Source: Thermoplasmatota archaeon
GTDB taxonomy: Archaea; Thermoplasmatota; Poseidoniia; Poseidoniales; Thalassarchaeaceae
NCBI GenBank assembly: GCA_036154155.1
Contig: JAYZLP010000002.1
Location: 1-61,061, forward strand
Reading direction: 5' to 3'
Length of the DNA: 61,061 nt
The notes under the pieces were generated by a model. It was not told where the DNA came from, did not search any database, and worked only from the letters and a program-made list of their open reading frames with translations. Positions 27,127 to 37,111 of this stretch are shown here, in pieces (the first letter of the stretch is position 1; each line of letters opens with the position of its first letter). A program made the translations under genes and the position numbers.

Positions 27127-27585
27127 CTAGTCCTCCTCGTAGGGCCCCCCTTCAGAGGTCGGCCAAAGATCCAGTATCCTCGCGATGATTTTCCTAGTCC
27201 CATCCAGATCATCTGAAAGACCCTCGACCCTAGTTAGCTCAACATTAGAGTATCCATGACTGTCTAAACCGCTCCTCACAGAGTCGATTGAGTGTTTCTG
27301 ATCATAACCTAATGCAATCACGTCTGGCTTCACAACTTTCAGAATGTCGAAGATTGGGGTGCCTGGGGGATTCCCAATTATTGCGTCGTCAACAGGCTTC
27401 AAACCCTTAACCATCCTGCATCTCAACTCCTGGCTCGTCACAGGCTCGTGCTTCTGAGCCCTCACGGTGTCATCATGCGCTACAACTACGACCAATTCAT
27501 CACCCAGGGACTTAGCCTGCTCCAAGTAGTGAAGATGGCCGGCATGGAGGAGGTCGAAAACACCAACCGCCATTACTCGAGCCAT
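27127..27585 (-). CDS. ribL: FAD synthetase, archaeal RibL-type (cytidylyltransferase fold)
   Basis: VMAVGVFDLLHAGHLHYLEQAKSLGDELVVVVAHD is a (H/T)xGH nucleotidyltransferase motif. The size is about 150 aa and the gene sits in a riboflavin-gene context. Confidence 0.8.
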   Translation of the reverse strand: MARVMAVGVFDLLHAGHLHYLEQAKSLGDELVVVVAHDDTVRAQKHEPVTSQELRCRMVKGLKPVDDAIIGNPPGTPIFDILKVVKPDVIALGYDQKHSIDSVRSGLDSHGYSNVELTRVEGLSDDLDGTRKIIARILDLWPTSEGGPYEED

Positions 27586-27623
27586 GCATCTCCCTCTTGT
27601 CTCGACGTCTAGTCATTGCCCTG

Positions 27624-28343
27624 TTATGTCCCCAATGAGGACAGTATATCGTCCCCCGTGATCATTGGGATTCCATGCCTTTCTGCATATTCACGAGCTC
27701 CATCCAATGATAGTGCACCATCCCCATCGGGCTCAAGCATCTCCGCCCCGATGGTGCAAGGAACTTGGCCAGACAACCTGGCCATCGCTACGGCCAATTC
27801 AGTGTGCCCCTGCCGTGTAGACAGGCCCCCTGGTGATTCACGGCAGAGGGGAATGTGGCCCGGGGTCCTGAACTCGCGCCCAAGGGCATCCATTGCAGAA
27901 TCGCTGTCACCGCCCAATAATTCCCCGGAAAGCTCCCCAAACCTACGAGTAGTAAGTGCCCTATCCCTGTCGGTAATTCCCGTATATGTTTCACGATGGT
28001 TAAGGGACAATGTGAATGCAGACCTGCTATCATACTGCAGATCGTTTGTCACAAGCCTTGACAACACCGGATTTTCCCTCACCAGTGAATCATGTGTGTG
28101 AATGTCTTGAAGCCACGGTAAGCCAAACAACTCCCCTACCTCGTCCCCAATGGCCAGGAAAAGAAGGCCCCCGCAATCCTTCCTCAACCTTCTCATCACC
28201 TCTGGCGTGGCGGCTGTCGCAGGCCATAGAAGATCCGTTTCTTTCTCTCTGAAATCAGAGTCGAAAATCATCACAGGTTGGCCAGATGCGAATGCCTTAA
28301 TCGCAGCTGCCACGTCGGAACCCATGCTTGCCGGAGGGGCCAT
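27624..28343 (-). CDS. ribB: 3,4-dihydroxy-2-butanone 4-phosphate synthase
   Basis: GQPVMIFDSDFREKETDLLWPA..., SLNHRETYTGITDRDRA and RTPGHIPL match conserved RibB motifs. Confidence 0.85.
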   Translation of the reverse strand: MAPPASMGSDVAAAIKAFASGQPVMIFDSDFREKETDLLWPATAATPEVMRRLRKDCGGLLFLAIGDEVGELFGLPWLQDIHTHDSLVRENPVLSRLVTNDLQYDSRSAFTLSLNHRETYTGITDRDRALTTRRFGELSGELLGGDSDSAMDALGREFRTPGHIPLCRESPGGLSTRQGHTELAVAMARLSGQVPCTIGAEMLEPDGDGALSLDGAREYAERHGIPMITGDDILSSLGT

Positions 28344-28415
28344 CCATACCCCTTATTTTCGGTCATGACTTCTGCGAACCGAATCATTCTCATTCACATA
28401 CTCTGGCGGTAGAAC

Positions 28416-29267
28416 ATGGAAGGGGGAAGAGAGGCCATTGCTCCAGTCAGGGTTGACTTGGCCGGAGGTTGGACTGATGTACCGCCTTACACAGAGGATT
28501 TCGGCGGAGAGGTAGTAAATTTCACCATTGACAGGTACGTAAAGGCAACAACATACGAATCCTCAGTAAAATTCGCTTTTGGCGTTCCATCCGGTTCAGG
28601 ACTGGGTTCTAGTGGTGCGATGAACGTAGCTAGAGCAGCCCTTGCTTCCCCAGACCGCAATCTGGAAAGCATAGCAGAGGAAGCATACCGCATCGAAGCA
28701 GATGCAGGAAATCTAGGAGGGCGTCAAGACCAGTGGGCTTCAGCCCTTGGAGGATTCAATCACTTGATATTCTTCGGCGAAAGGGTCGAACGTATGCCTT
28801 TCGAACCAATGAGGTCATCAAGGATCTGGCTTCGCAAGCATCTTCTACTGGCAAACTCAGGAATCACGAGGAAGTCGGGTGACCTGCATGAATCCGTCTG
28901 GTCTAGATATTCGGAGAGTGATAAGGACGTAATCGAGGGACTGCACATTGTGCGCTCGGCCGTGAAAGATATGGCAACCGGCCTCCAACAAGATAGGAGA
29001 GACCTGATTGTCGACTCAATGAGAAAGACCTCGGAAGGAGTCGACACCATGGCTCCCGAAATCCACGATCCATTCAGGGAAGCCATTGACCCGATGGTCG
29101 ACTCTGGCATGGTTTCATCTTGGAAGGCAGTTGGTGCTGGTGGAGGTGGTTTTGCCGCTTTGATTTGTCACCCATCTAGCACCGAAGACGTACGAAATAC
29201 ACTGAAATCGTCTGATTGGGACGTTTTGGAATGGGATTACGAGGATGAAGGCGTTCAGATACTATAG
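28416..29267 (+). CDS. GHMP-family kinase, sugar-kinase-like; substrate unknown
   Basis: APVRVDLAGGWTDVPPY and PSGSGLGSSGAMNVA are GHMP motifs. It resembles the heptose-phosphate/fucose kinase branch but is short (283 aa). Confidence 0.7.
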   Translation: MEGGREAIAPVRVDLAGGWTDVPPYTEDFGGEVVNFTIDRYVKATTYESSVKFAFGVPSGSGLGSSGAMNVARAALASPDRNLESIAEEAYRIEADAGNLGGRQDQWASALGGFNHLIFFGERVERMPFEPMRSSRIWLRKHLLLANSGITRKSGDLHESVWSRYSESDKDVIEGLHIVRSAVKDMATGLQQDRRDLIVDSMRKTSEGVDTMAPEIHDPFREAIDPMVDSGMVSSWKAVGAGGGGFAALICHPSSTEDVRNTLKSSDWDVLEWDYEDEGVQIL

Positions 29268-29304
29268 TCCGAACCCATAAACGTGGCCATTCGTCGCCCC
29301 ACCC

Positions 29305-32300
29305 ATGGTGGGGCGCTCATCTGCGATAGCATCTGCCTTGGTGCTGCTGTTCATTCTCCCGCTAGCTTCGTCCTCTATTTCACCAGTCGATCAGGGCAAG
29401 GGGGGATTGGATGCTGATGGCAAATGGGTCCTCAGCGTAGAGTCCGACTTGCATGCCGAATGGTGGCTCCACTGGAGCAGAGACAAGGACTCAGACTCAA
29501 TCGATGACCGGCTTGAGTGGCTATTGCAGCAACCAGAACAAGTTCAGCAGGACTGGTGGAGGAGGGCGCCTGAGGGGAGTGCTAGGATATTCATTGACTA
29601 CAACCACCACCCCACCGACGCCGACGTCTCAGCACTAGAGGATCTAGGGGCCCAGGTCACGTTTCGTCCGAAATACCTTGACACTGTAACCGCAACCGCC
29701 CCGTTTAGCTCAATACTTTCTGAGAATGGAATACTTTCCCTGCCGGGAGTTGTCATGATTGAGGATCTAGGCCTTGCGGAGCCGAACATGCACGAGGCGG
29801 TTCCAAACATGGGTGTTGATCAGGTATGGAACGACTTCGGATTTGACGGCACAGGATCAGTCATCGCTATCCTCGATACTGGAGTGAGGGGCGATCACGA
29901 GGGCCTCAACGATATGGACGACGAGCCATTCACTATGGGCTGCGATCAACCAGACCCCGATCCAACCAATCCGAACCCAATTCCAATTGATTGCGATCCG
30001 AAGATTATTGCCTTCTTCGATGCTGTCTTCACGGACTCAGAACAGGACCCCTCGACATCTTACGACTCGGGGACTCACGGGAGCCACGTGGCTGGTATAG
30101 CCGCTGGGACCGGAGGCGGCCAAACAGACCCAACCACGGGACTCAAGTACGTGGGAGCCGCCCCTGGCGCATTCCTGATCAACCTGCTAGCATGCTGTGA
30201 CGGAGACATCGAGGACGTCATCCAAGGGGCCCAGTGGGCTATCGATAACAAGGACAAATATGGTATCGACATAGTCACATCATCTCTTGGTGAGCAGCAG
30301 TTAGAGATACACTTCGACAATGATGGAAGCTCTGCTTGGAGCAGGCAGATGGACTCGGTGGTAGAGGCGGGAATTATTACCACCCTGTCAGCAGGTAATG
30401 AGTTCGGGGGAGCAACCTTCGCCGGATGCAACACGATAGACAGTCCCGGAGACGCAAATCTGCCAGTAACAGTGGCGAGCTTGGACAAGGACCTCGGCCT
30501 AGCGATTTACAGCAGTCGCGGGTACACATCAGATGGCAGGGTCAAGCCAGATGTCGCGACCATCGGATCTAGCATTATGGCCCCAGACGCAGCGACCAGC
30601 GATGGCTACACCAGCAAGTCAGGCACCAGCATGGCCACTCCCCTGATGGCAGGGATTGCCGCTCTGATGGTAGAGGCCAATCCAGACATCACCCCAACCG
30701 AGTTCAAGGACATCATCTCTGCACACTCCATTGAGAGGGACCTCCAGTTGCTGGACGATCCCGGATTCAATGACTGCAGTATCCTGGAGACTCGCCCGGA
30801 CAACGAGTTCGGGTTTGGTCAGGCAGACCCGCTAGCGTTCGTCGAGGCAGCAGGCAGCATCGACAGATCTCTGAATGTTAGCATGGACGTAGAAACTCTG
30901 CAGCAGATAGGAAACGAGTCTTACATCTCAGGAACCGCATCGGGAGTAGCACCGGGAATGGGCCTGGTGCAGGTTAGAGTCGGAGGCGGTGAGTGGAAGG
31001 GGGCAGCAGACATGTCAGGGGACTGGGGCCAGTGGAGGGTCAAGCTAGATCCGCATGATAAGTCGGGCAACTCCACAATTTATGCACGATTAGTCGCTTC
31101 CGAGAACAGCATCTCACCCATTGATTCCAGAAGGGTCATTCTCGTCGACGGAGATGTTTCGAGTAGTTCCTCGGGGGACCTCACAAAATTGAGCAGCACA
31201 ATATTCTGGATTCCATTCATAGCTTCAGTTGCAATTATCGGCATCGTTTCGGTAAGGGAGCGTTGGATTACGAAGATCAGAGGCGAAGATGAACTCGACG
31301 TATCAGAAAATATGGGCATCTACACCATTACAAGTAAAATCGGCTCAGCAATCGACCCTCGTCTGATCCCAGGCAGGTGGAACTCAGCTAGAGAGTCTTG
31401 GAACGATGGCGAGTCGCTGGTTGAGAACCAATTCAGAAGGTACGTCTCTCTCTCCATACTCTACACTGCCCAAGGCCTCCCTGCAGGATTTACCAGTGTG
31501 ACTTTTGTTGCTTTCTTGGTAGCTAACGGGGCGTCTCCAGAGCAGATAGCTGCCCTATTCGCAACCATAGCGCTTCCTTGGACTTTCAAGTTCATCTGGG
31601 GGCCAGTGGTAGATGCAGTCCAGTTCCCTTCTTACGGACTAAGGAGACCTTGGATCCTATTTGCTCAGACTGGTATGATTATTACTTTGGGGGCATTGCT
31701 TTTCGTACCCGATCTGAATGCCTCAATAGAGCTCGTGACTCTAATGTTGTTCATACATAACCTGTTCTCGTCACTACAAGACGTGAGCGTGGACGCCTTG
31801 GCAGTCGACGTTCTTCAGCCTGACGAGGTCGCGAAGGCGAACGGCTTCATGTTCGCAGCAAAGAGAGGTGGGATAATTATCGGAGGAGCAGTTGTTGGGA
31901 TGTTGGTCTTGGACTTCGGAATTAAGGCCGCCATCATGGTCCAACTCCCTCTCCTGGCCCTGATAATGTGCCTCCACCTCTTCCTGAGGGAGAGGCCCGG
32001 CGATCGTTTGTTCCCCTGGCAGAGATTCGCCGATGGACAAGATGCTGATGGCGATTCTGATACGGCCAAGGAGAATTTGTGGGAAGCAGAAGAGGCCCTA
32101 CCTTGGGAAGATGACCACGAAGATGATTTCAGAGTTGCCAGCTGGGTCTCTGGAAATATATATGGGAATCAGATACAGGGTATCGCCGTACTTCTTTGGG
32201 CAAGCATAGTAGTGATGCTTATCGGAGGCGCATTGGGGATAATTTACCTCGTTTCGGGCGTGGCCTCATTCGATACCATTGCCTCGCCACTAAAGAAAGT

Positions 32301-33135
32301 AGGATGGTACTCCTTCCTGCTATCATTGTCAGGAATAGCGATTGGAAAGTTCCTTTTGCCTGCCGTTTCTGACTTCCGCATATCGAACCCCCTGAGCGTC
32401 TCGGCTAGGACCGGACTCGCAGTTCCTGCCTACAACATTGTCAAGGGGTTCTCTCTCAGGTCTTCTTTCCTGCTCATATTCCTCTGCCTACTGTCCGAGA
32501 TGTACGTCTTCGTTGATCCTATAGTGGTTGATATTTTCATCAACGAGGCAGGATGGACGCAGACGAAGTACAATGGGATCATGGGAGGGATAGTGATTCT
32601 CTTCCTAATGGGGGGGCAGATTCTAGGAGGATTCCTGGGAGACAGGTTCGGAGTCAGGGAAGTTGCAATGGTGGGCTTCACCCTCCTCGCACTCGGTAAT
32701 GCTGGCCTCGCAATGCTTGAGCCTTATTGGACCAATACCGGAATAATGACCGTCTATCTTTGCCTAAGGGCAATAATCAGCGGCCTTGCATGGATTTGTA
32801 TTATCTCGGTATCAATGAGGCTCACCTACAGCAAAGCAGGAGGAACCCAGTTCACTGCATATATGTCGATGTTCAACCTCTCCGCAGTTATTGCATACCA
32901 ATTCACTGGCAGGATGGTCGAGATTTTTGACTACATCTCAGCACTTTACTTGGGAGCGGCACTCACCCTATTTACCGTAGTGATTCTCGTCTTCATCGAT
33001 CCAGACGAATGCGACCGGGTCCTTGAGGGACGTTTGGGTGGTGACGATGAGCCGGACGGCGATCTCGGAGAGACTCCCGATGGTTGGTGGGAGGCAGAGA
33101 ATGAGAGTGTGGGAAGGGATGGCGTCGTTTCTTGA
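29305..33135 (+). CDS. Fusion protein: secreted subtilisin-like S8 protease + single TM + AmpG-like MFS permease
   Basis: Signal peptide. Catalytic residues D191 (AILDTGV), H258 (GTHGSHVAG), N365 (SAGNE) and S442 (SGTSMATPLMAG). TM at residues 633-650. The MFS domain starts at LYTAQGLPAGF...WGPVVD and has about 12-14 helices. The reading frame is uninterrupted for 1276 aa. Confidence 0.85.
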   Translation: MVGRSSAIASALVLLFILPLASSSISPVDQGKGGLDADGKWVLSVESDLHAEWWLHWSRDKDSDSIDDRLEWLLQQPEQVQQDWWRRAPEGSARIFIDYNHHPTDADVSALEDLGAQVTFRPKYLDTVTATAPFSSILSENGILSLPGVVMIEDLGLAEPNMHEAVPNMGVDQVWNDFGFDGTGSVIAILDTGVRGDHEGLNDMDDEPFTMGCDQPDPDPTNPNPIPIDCDPKIIAFFDAVFTDSEQDPSTSYDSGTHGSHVAGIAAGTGGGQTDPTTGLKYVGAAPGAFLINLLACCDGDIEDVIQGAQWAIDNKDKYGIDIVTSSLGEQQLEIHFDNDGSSAWSRQMDSVVEAGIITTLSAGNEFGGATFAGCNTIDSPGDANLPVTVASLDKDLGLAIYSSRGYTSDGRVKPDVATIGSSIMAPDAATSDGYTSKSGTSMATPLMAGIAALMVEANPDITPTEFKDIISAHSIERDLQLLDDPGFNDCSILETRPDNEFGFGQADPLAFVEAAGSIDRSLNVSMDVETLQQIGNESYISGTASGVAPGMGLVQVRVGGGEWKGAADMSGDWGQWRVKLDPHDKSGNSTIYARLVASENSISPIDSRRVILVDGDVSSSSSGDLTKLSSTIFWIPFIASVAIIGIVSVRERWITKIRGEDELDVSENMGIYTITSKIGSAIDPRLIPGRWNSARESWNDGESLVENQFRRYVSLSILYTAQGLPAGFTSVTFVAFLVANGASPEQIAALFATIALPWTFKFIWGPVVDAVQFPSYGLRRPWILFAQTGMIITLGALLFVPDLNASIELVTLMLFIHNLFSSLQDVSVDALAVDVLQPDEVAKANGFMFAAKRGGIIIGGAVVGMLVLDFGIKAAIMVQLPLLALIMCLHLFLRERPGDRLFPWQRFADGQDADGDSDTAKENLWEAEEALPWEDDHEDDFRVASWVSGNIYGNQIQGIAVLLWASIVVMLIGGALGIIYLVSGVASFDTIASPLKKVGWYSFLLSLSGIAIGKFLLPAVSDFRISNPLSVSARTGLAVPAYNIVKGFSLRSSFLLIFLCLLSEMYVFVDPIVVDIFINEAGWTQTKYNGIMGGIVILFLMGGQILGGFLGDRFGVREVAMVGFTLLALGNAGLAMLEPYWTNTGIMTVYLCLRAIISGLAWICIISVSMRLTYSKAGGTQFTAYMSMFNLSAVIAYQFTGRMVEIFDYISALYLGAALTLFTVVILVFIDPDECDRVLEGRLGGDDEPDGDLGETPDGWWEAENESVGRDGVVS

Positions 33136-33385
33136 CCAACTAATGTCCGCAGATACGGACTTCGTTTTCTTCAGCCAGACCATCTGCCCATACTGTGTCA
33201 GGGCATCTAGGACGCTGGAAGCGAACGACCTGACCTATACTGAGGTCAATCTGGACCATTACGAGGGAATGAGGAGAGAACTAGTAATGGAAACTGGTCA
33301 TCGAACCGTCCCGGTAGTTTTTGACACCAGAGGTGATAAACCCATCTTCGTAGGTGGGTCTGACCACCTGATAGACTATCTTTGA
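33119..33385 (+). CDS. grx: Glutaredoxin
   Basis: FSQTICPYCVRA (CPYC active site), TVPVVF and FVGGSDHL. The start is ATG 33119 (17-nt overlap with the upstream gene) or ATG 33143. Confidence 0.8.
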   Translation: MASFLDQLMSADTDFVFFSQTICPYCVRASRTLEANDLTYTEVNLDHYEGMRRELVMETGHRTVPVVFDTRGDKPIFVGGSDHLIDYL

Positions 33386-33966
33386 GCGTTTTCTGCCATC
33401 TCTTCTATAGCGCCTCTGAGCTCCTCTAATTGGTTCAGATTGACCATGTGCCCCTTCTCATGCTCCAGCCTAGTGACGGGCCATCCAGCACTCTCGAATA
33501 GGTCTGCATGCTCTCGGGCCAGATCGATTGGTACAAGGTGGTCATTGGCCCCATGCATCCACGCTATTGGACGGGGCTTGAGAAAAGGCAGAGAGTCCCT
33601 CAGCGATTCGCCACGAACCGTCTTTGTCCCAATGAGGACCAATCCAACGATATTGTCAACAGAATCAGTCTCCAGCAGGGCGGATGCCATCGCACCTCCC
33701 TGTGAGAAGCCACCAACAATAATGGGACCATCAGGCAATATCTCCAAGATTCCCGACAACGACTCTTCCATTTGGGACATTGACTCATCCCAGGAGATGC
33801 CGTCCTCGAAAAGCCACCATGCAAAACCCCCTCTGGTAGGATGCCTAATCCTCGCCTGCGGGCATAAAGTCGACCATCCATCGGGAGTTATCCCCCTTGC
33901 AAACTCCTCCATCTTTTCAGACGTACCAGTCATTCCATGCATCATTATGAGCGTACCTCCGCTCAT
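33376..33966 (-). CDS. Alpha/beta hydrolase, phospholipase/carboxylesterase family
   Basis: Nucleophile elbow GFSQGGAMA, followed by HGANDHLVP and GHMV, consistent with a Ser-Asp-His triad. Confidence 0.75.
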   Translation of the reverse strand: MSGGTLIMMHGMTGTSEKMEEFARGITPDGWSTLCPQARIRHPTRGGFAWWLFEDGISWDESMSQMEESLSGILEILPDGPIIVGGFSQGGAMASALLETDSVDNIVGLVLIGTKTVRGESLRDSLPFLKPRPIAWMHGANDHLVPIDLAREHADLFESAGWPVTRLEHEKGHMVNLNQLEELRGAIEEMAENAQR

Positions 33967-33974
33967 TCAATCCC

Positions 33975-34943
33975 TCACAGATTCCATTGGAAAACCAATG
34001 CCCCAGCAACCTTGAGGTGGACGAACGATGATTGGCCACGGACCGTTACTGTAAGTGAGTACTCTCCAGAGTTGGAAGGTATGGTGCCTATCGCCCCCTT
34101 TTCAGTCGCCCCAGATCCCCATGCGCGAGTTAGGGGGGAAGCTCCGGCATGATCCTTCATTGTTAGGGAACCAGACGAGGCCCCATTGGATGAAATTTCC
34201 ACATCAAGATACCAAACCAAGGTATCCCAATCTCCTTCCGATGGGTGCCCATCATCGAAAAATGAGTCATATATCTCCTGGTCATTCTCCTCATAAAGTC
34301 GATCAATTAGGTCCCTAGCCCTATAGAAAAACACATCACCTTGATAGCTCGATCTGGCGACATTCAAATCCATTCGCAATTGGTTCCTCCCCTCCGAGTC
34401 CTCCCAAACTAGCCTTTCCAGGAAACCATCACTCCCGCTGAATGTGTATTGCAATTCATGGCCTTCTGAAGATTCCGCACTCACTCTGGCATTTCCATTG
34501 TTAATGGAATTAGTAGTAGCACTCCATTCTTGACCGAATAGGGTGAATGACCATTCATCGCCGACGACCCAGGGGAATGAGAATACTTGCTGAGGAACTC
34601 CATTTTCGTATACAGACAGGCCATCAATTGTCATTCTTCCAAGAAATGGATTATGGTTGATTACCGCATGTCTCTGAGCCTCTCTCTCAGAAGAGATTCC
34701 GACTTGGTAATCCCCAGATTCGTTATCAATTTCTGCAACAACTAGCCTTGCGCTGTCTTCTCCGAATTGCGGCGTGATAAATGTGTACAGCCAATTATTT
34801 CCAACTTCCCATTCTGGGAGCACCATGTCGTCATCATCAGACTCTTCCGATTGTCCAGAGTCGCCTGTCTCGATGCAACCGGAGAGAATGCACATCGCCA
34901 TCAATGAGGCCATTCCAATTGCAGACCCGCCCCTCATGGCCAT
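33975..34943 (-). CDS. Secreted acidic lipoprotein, unknown function
   Basis: The signal peptide ends in a lipobox-like ILSGC. The mature part is acidic and beta-rich with no recognisable catalytic motif. Confidence 0.6.
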   Translation of the reverse strand: MAMRGGSAIGMASLMAMCILSGCIETGDSGQSEESDDDDMVLPEWEVGNNWLYTFITPQFGEDSARLVVAEIDNESGDYQVGISSEREAQRHAVINHNPFLGRMTIDGLSVYENGVPQQVFSFPWVVGDEWSFTLFGQEWSATTNSINNGNARVSAESSEGHELQYTFSGSDGFLERLVWEDSEGRNQLRMDLNVARSSYQGDVFFYRARDLIDRLYEENDQEIYDSFFDDGHPSEGDWDTLVWYLDVEISSNGASSGSLTMKDHAGASPLTRAWGSGATEKGAIGTIPSNSGEYSLTVTVRGQSSFVHLKVAGALVFQWNL

Positions 34944-34982
34944 GCGAGGGGGGCCGCAGTCAAGAGACTGACGCTTCGACTA

Positions 34983-37034
34983 TCAGAGTAATCCAGCGAT
35001 AACAACTGAGACTATTGACATCAGCTTGATTAGGATGTTCAGTGATGGTCCGCTGGTGTCCTTGAAAGGGTCTCCAATGGTATCTCCGACGACTGCTGCA
35101 GAGTGGGCGTCATCACCCTTCTCTGCTCCAGATATCTCGCCTTGCTCAATCGCCTTCTTCGCGTTGTCCCAAGCACCGCCTGCGTTAGCCATGAATAGGG
35201 CCATCAGGACACCCGTGGCGGTCGCTCCAGCTAGGGTTCCGCCTAGAGCGGCAGGGCCTAGGGCCAGGCCAATAATTACTGGGCTAGAGATTGCAACTAG
35301 TCCTGGCATGACCATCTCACGCAGAGCGGCCTGTGTCGAAATGTCGACGCACGTGGCGCTGTCCGGCTCCACGCCCTCTCTGCCTTCTAGGAGACCGTCT
35401 ATTTCTCTGAATTGACGGCGGATCTCAACAATCATCGCTTCAGCAGCCCGGCCAACGGACTTCATCGTCATTGCAGCTACCACGAAAGGAAGCGCACCGC
35501 CGATTAGGAGTCCTATGACCACTTCTGGGTTAGTGAGAGAGAGGTCAGCAGCATCCAAGCTGGCACTTGTCTTGTAGGCTGCAAACAGAGCCAGAGCCGT
35601 TAGGGCCGCGCTTCCGATAGCGAAACCCTTTCCGATGGCAGCAGTTGTGTTGCCTATCGAGTCAAGGCCATCGGTGATGTCTCTAACTTCCTTGCCCAGT
35701 CCGGACATCTCAGCGATTCCCCCTGCATTGTCAGCTACAGGCCCGTAGGCATCGACAGTCATTGTAACGCCAACTGTTCCTAGCATGCCCATTGCAGCCA
35801 TTGCGATTCCGTATAGGCCAGCGTCACCGCCGCCCATCACGTCATTGGCACCATATATTCCAGCAGCCATGAGAAGCACTGGAATCAATACCGACTCCAT
35901 CCCGACCGCAAGACCTGCGATTGCATTCGTTGCGCTACCGGTCTTGGAGGCCTCCCCAATGTAAGGGATGGCCTTTACTTGGAACCCGAATACAGGCTCT
36001 ATGCCAGTGTAGTACTCGGTAACTAGGCCAATCATGATGCCTACGAGGCTACCGATAGCAACTGCCCAGACAACGGTCTGATCGAGGCCTAGCTCGCCTA
36101 GAGCGAGGTACCCGCCGCCGATGAATAGTGCTGCACCAATGAAGGTGGTGTTCCTGAGGGCTGCGCCAGCGTCCATGTTCTTCATCGCCGAAATCGAGAA
36201 TACCCCGATAATGGATGCAACATAACCGACAATGGCCAGTGCTATTGGAATCATCAGGTAGTCAGACCCCAAATCACTGCTCGCTGCTGCAATCACCATT
36301 GCTGCGATTATTGAGCCAACGAACGACTCGAAGATGTCAGCACCCATGCCGGCTACGTCACCGACGTTGTCACCGACGTTGTCGGCTATGACTCCAGGAT
36401 TTCGAGGATCGTCCTCGGGGATTCCTGCTTCGACCTTGCCTACGAGATCCGCTCCTACGTCGGCAGCCTTGGTGTAGATTCCACCACCCACACGGGCGAA
36501 GAGTGCGATGGACGATGCACCCATTCCGAATCCTGCGATGTTGCTTACAGACAGGAACTCAGTTTCCGTGAAGTAGTACATTAGTGAGATTCCGAATAGC
36601 CCCAGTCCTCCAACTGCTAGGCCCATAACTGCACCGCCGTTGTATGACGTGGTTAGTGCAGCAGCCTGACCTCCGCTAGCCGCAGCCTGTGCGGTTCGAC
36701 CATTCGCACTTGTTGCTGAGCGCATACCGCTGAATCCGGCAGCACCACTGCAAAGTGCACCAATGATGAATGCAACCATGGTCTCCATCCCAAGATCGTC
36801 ATTGTAGTTCCCTCCAAAGAACAGAAGAGCTGCAACACCGGCTATGAATACTGAAAGCATCCTGTACTCAGCCATCATGAAGGCCATGGCCCCATCCTGG
36901 ATTCTCTCAGTGATTTTTGCTACCGTCTCGTTCTCAATCTCAATCGAGTCTACCTTTCTATAGAGCATGAATGCGACGACAAGGCCGAAAACCCCTGCCA
37001 TCATTCCATACATTCCTAGTTGTTCTCCGTCCAT
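34983..37034 (-). CDS. hppA: Membrane-bound ion-translocating pyrophosphatase
   Basis: [34 protein letters not shown] and [16 protein letters not shown] are diagnostic V-PPase motifs. About 16 TM helices. Confidence 0.95.
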   Translation of the reverse strand: MDGEQLGMYGMMAGVFGLVVAFMLYRKVDSIEIENETVAKITERIQDGAMAFMMAEYRMLSVFIAGVAALLFFGGNYNDDLGMETMVAFIIGALCSGAAGFSGMRSATSANGRTAQAAASGGQAAALTTSYNGGAVMGLAVGGLGLFGISLMYYFTETEFLSVSNIAGFGMGASSIALFARVGGGIYTKAADVGADLVGKVEAGIPEDDPRNPGVIADNVGDNVGDVAGMGADIFESFVGSIIAAMVIAAASSDLGSDYLMIPIALAIVGYVASIIGVFSISAMKNMDAGAALRNTTFIGAALFIGGGYLALGELGLDQTVVWAVAIGSLVGIMIGLVTEYYTGIEPVFGFQVKAIPYIGEASKTGSATNAIAGLAVGMESVLIPVLLMAAGIYGANDVMGGGDAGLYGIAMAAMGMLGTVGVTMTVDAYGPVADNAGGIAEMSGLGKEVRDITDGLDSIGNTTAAIGKGFAIGSAALTALALFAAYKTSASLDAADLSLTNPEVVIGLLIGGALPFVVAAMTMKSVGRAAEAMIVEIRRQFREIDGLLEGREGVEPDSATCVDISTQAALREMVMPGLVAISSPVIIGLALGPAALGGTLAGATATGVLMALFMANAGGAWDNAKKAIEQGEISGAEKGDDAHSAAVVGDTIGDPFKDTSGPSLNILIKLMSIVSVVIAGLL

Positions 37035-37072
37035 AATATCAACCTGTTTCGGCCCGCGGACAAAAGTCCCAC

Positions 37073-37078
37073 TTATAA
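37073..37078 (-). promoter_or_regulatory. Candidate TATA element upstream of hppA
   Basis: The minus strand reads GAATTATAAGTGGG about 40 nt upstream of the hppA ATG. It is the only AT-rich hexamer in the 77-nt spacer. Confidence 0.3.
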
Positions 37079-37094
37079 TTCAAGTCATAGAAGA

Positions 37095-37109
37095 CGCCCC
37101 GGAGGGGCG
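37095..37109 (-). terminator. GC-rich hairpin (CGCCCC-GGA-GGGGCG) immediately after the amidotransferase stop codon
   Basis: A 6-bp perfect stem with a 3-nt loop starts 3 nt beyond the stop at 37112. On the minus strand it is followed by TCTTCT. Its function as a terminator is inferred. Confidence 0.3.
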
Positions 37110-37111
37110 AC

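Noticed and set aside
29305-33135. Possibility that the protease-MFS ORF is two genes merged by an assembly error
   Set aside because: This cannot be excluded without reads. It was not adopted because the frame is continuous and a dedicated TM helix and linker connect the halves with correct topology. No plausible internal start with an upstream spacer is visible at the junction. It is kept as the main caveat of the finding.
36358-36383. Tandem 12-nt repeat TCACCGACGTTG x2
   Set aside because: It is not a repeat element. It encodes the conserved DNVGDNVGD motif of membrane pyrophosphatases on the minus strand.
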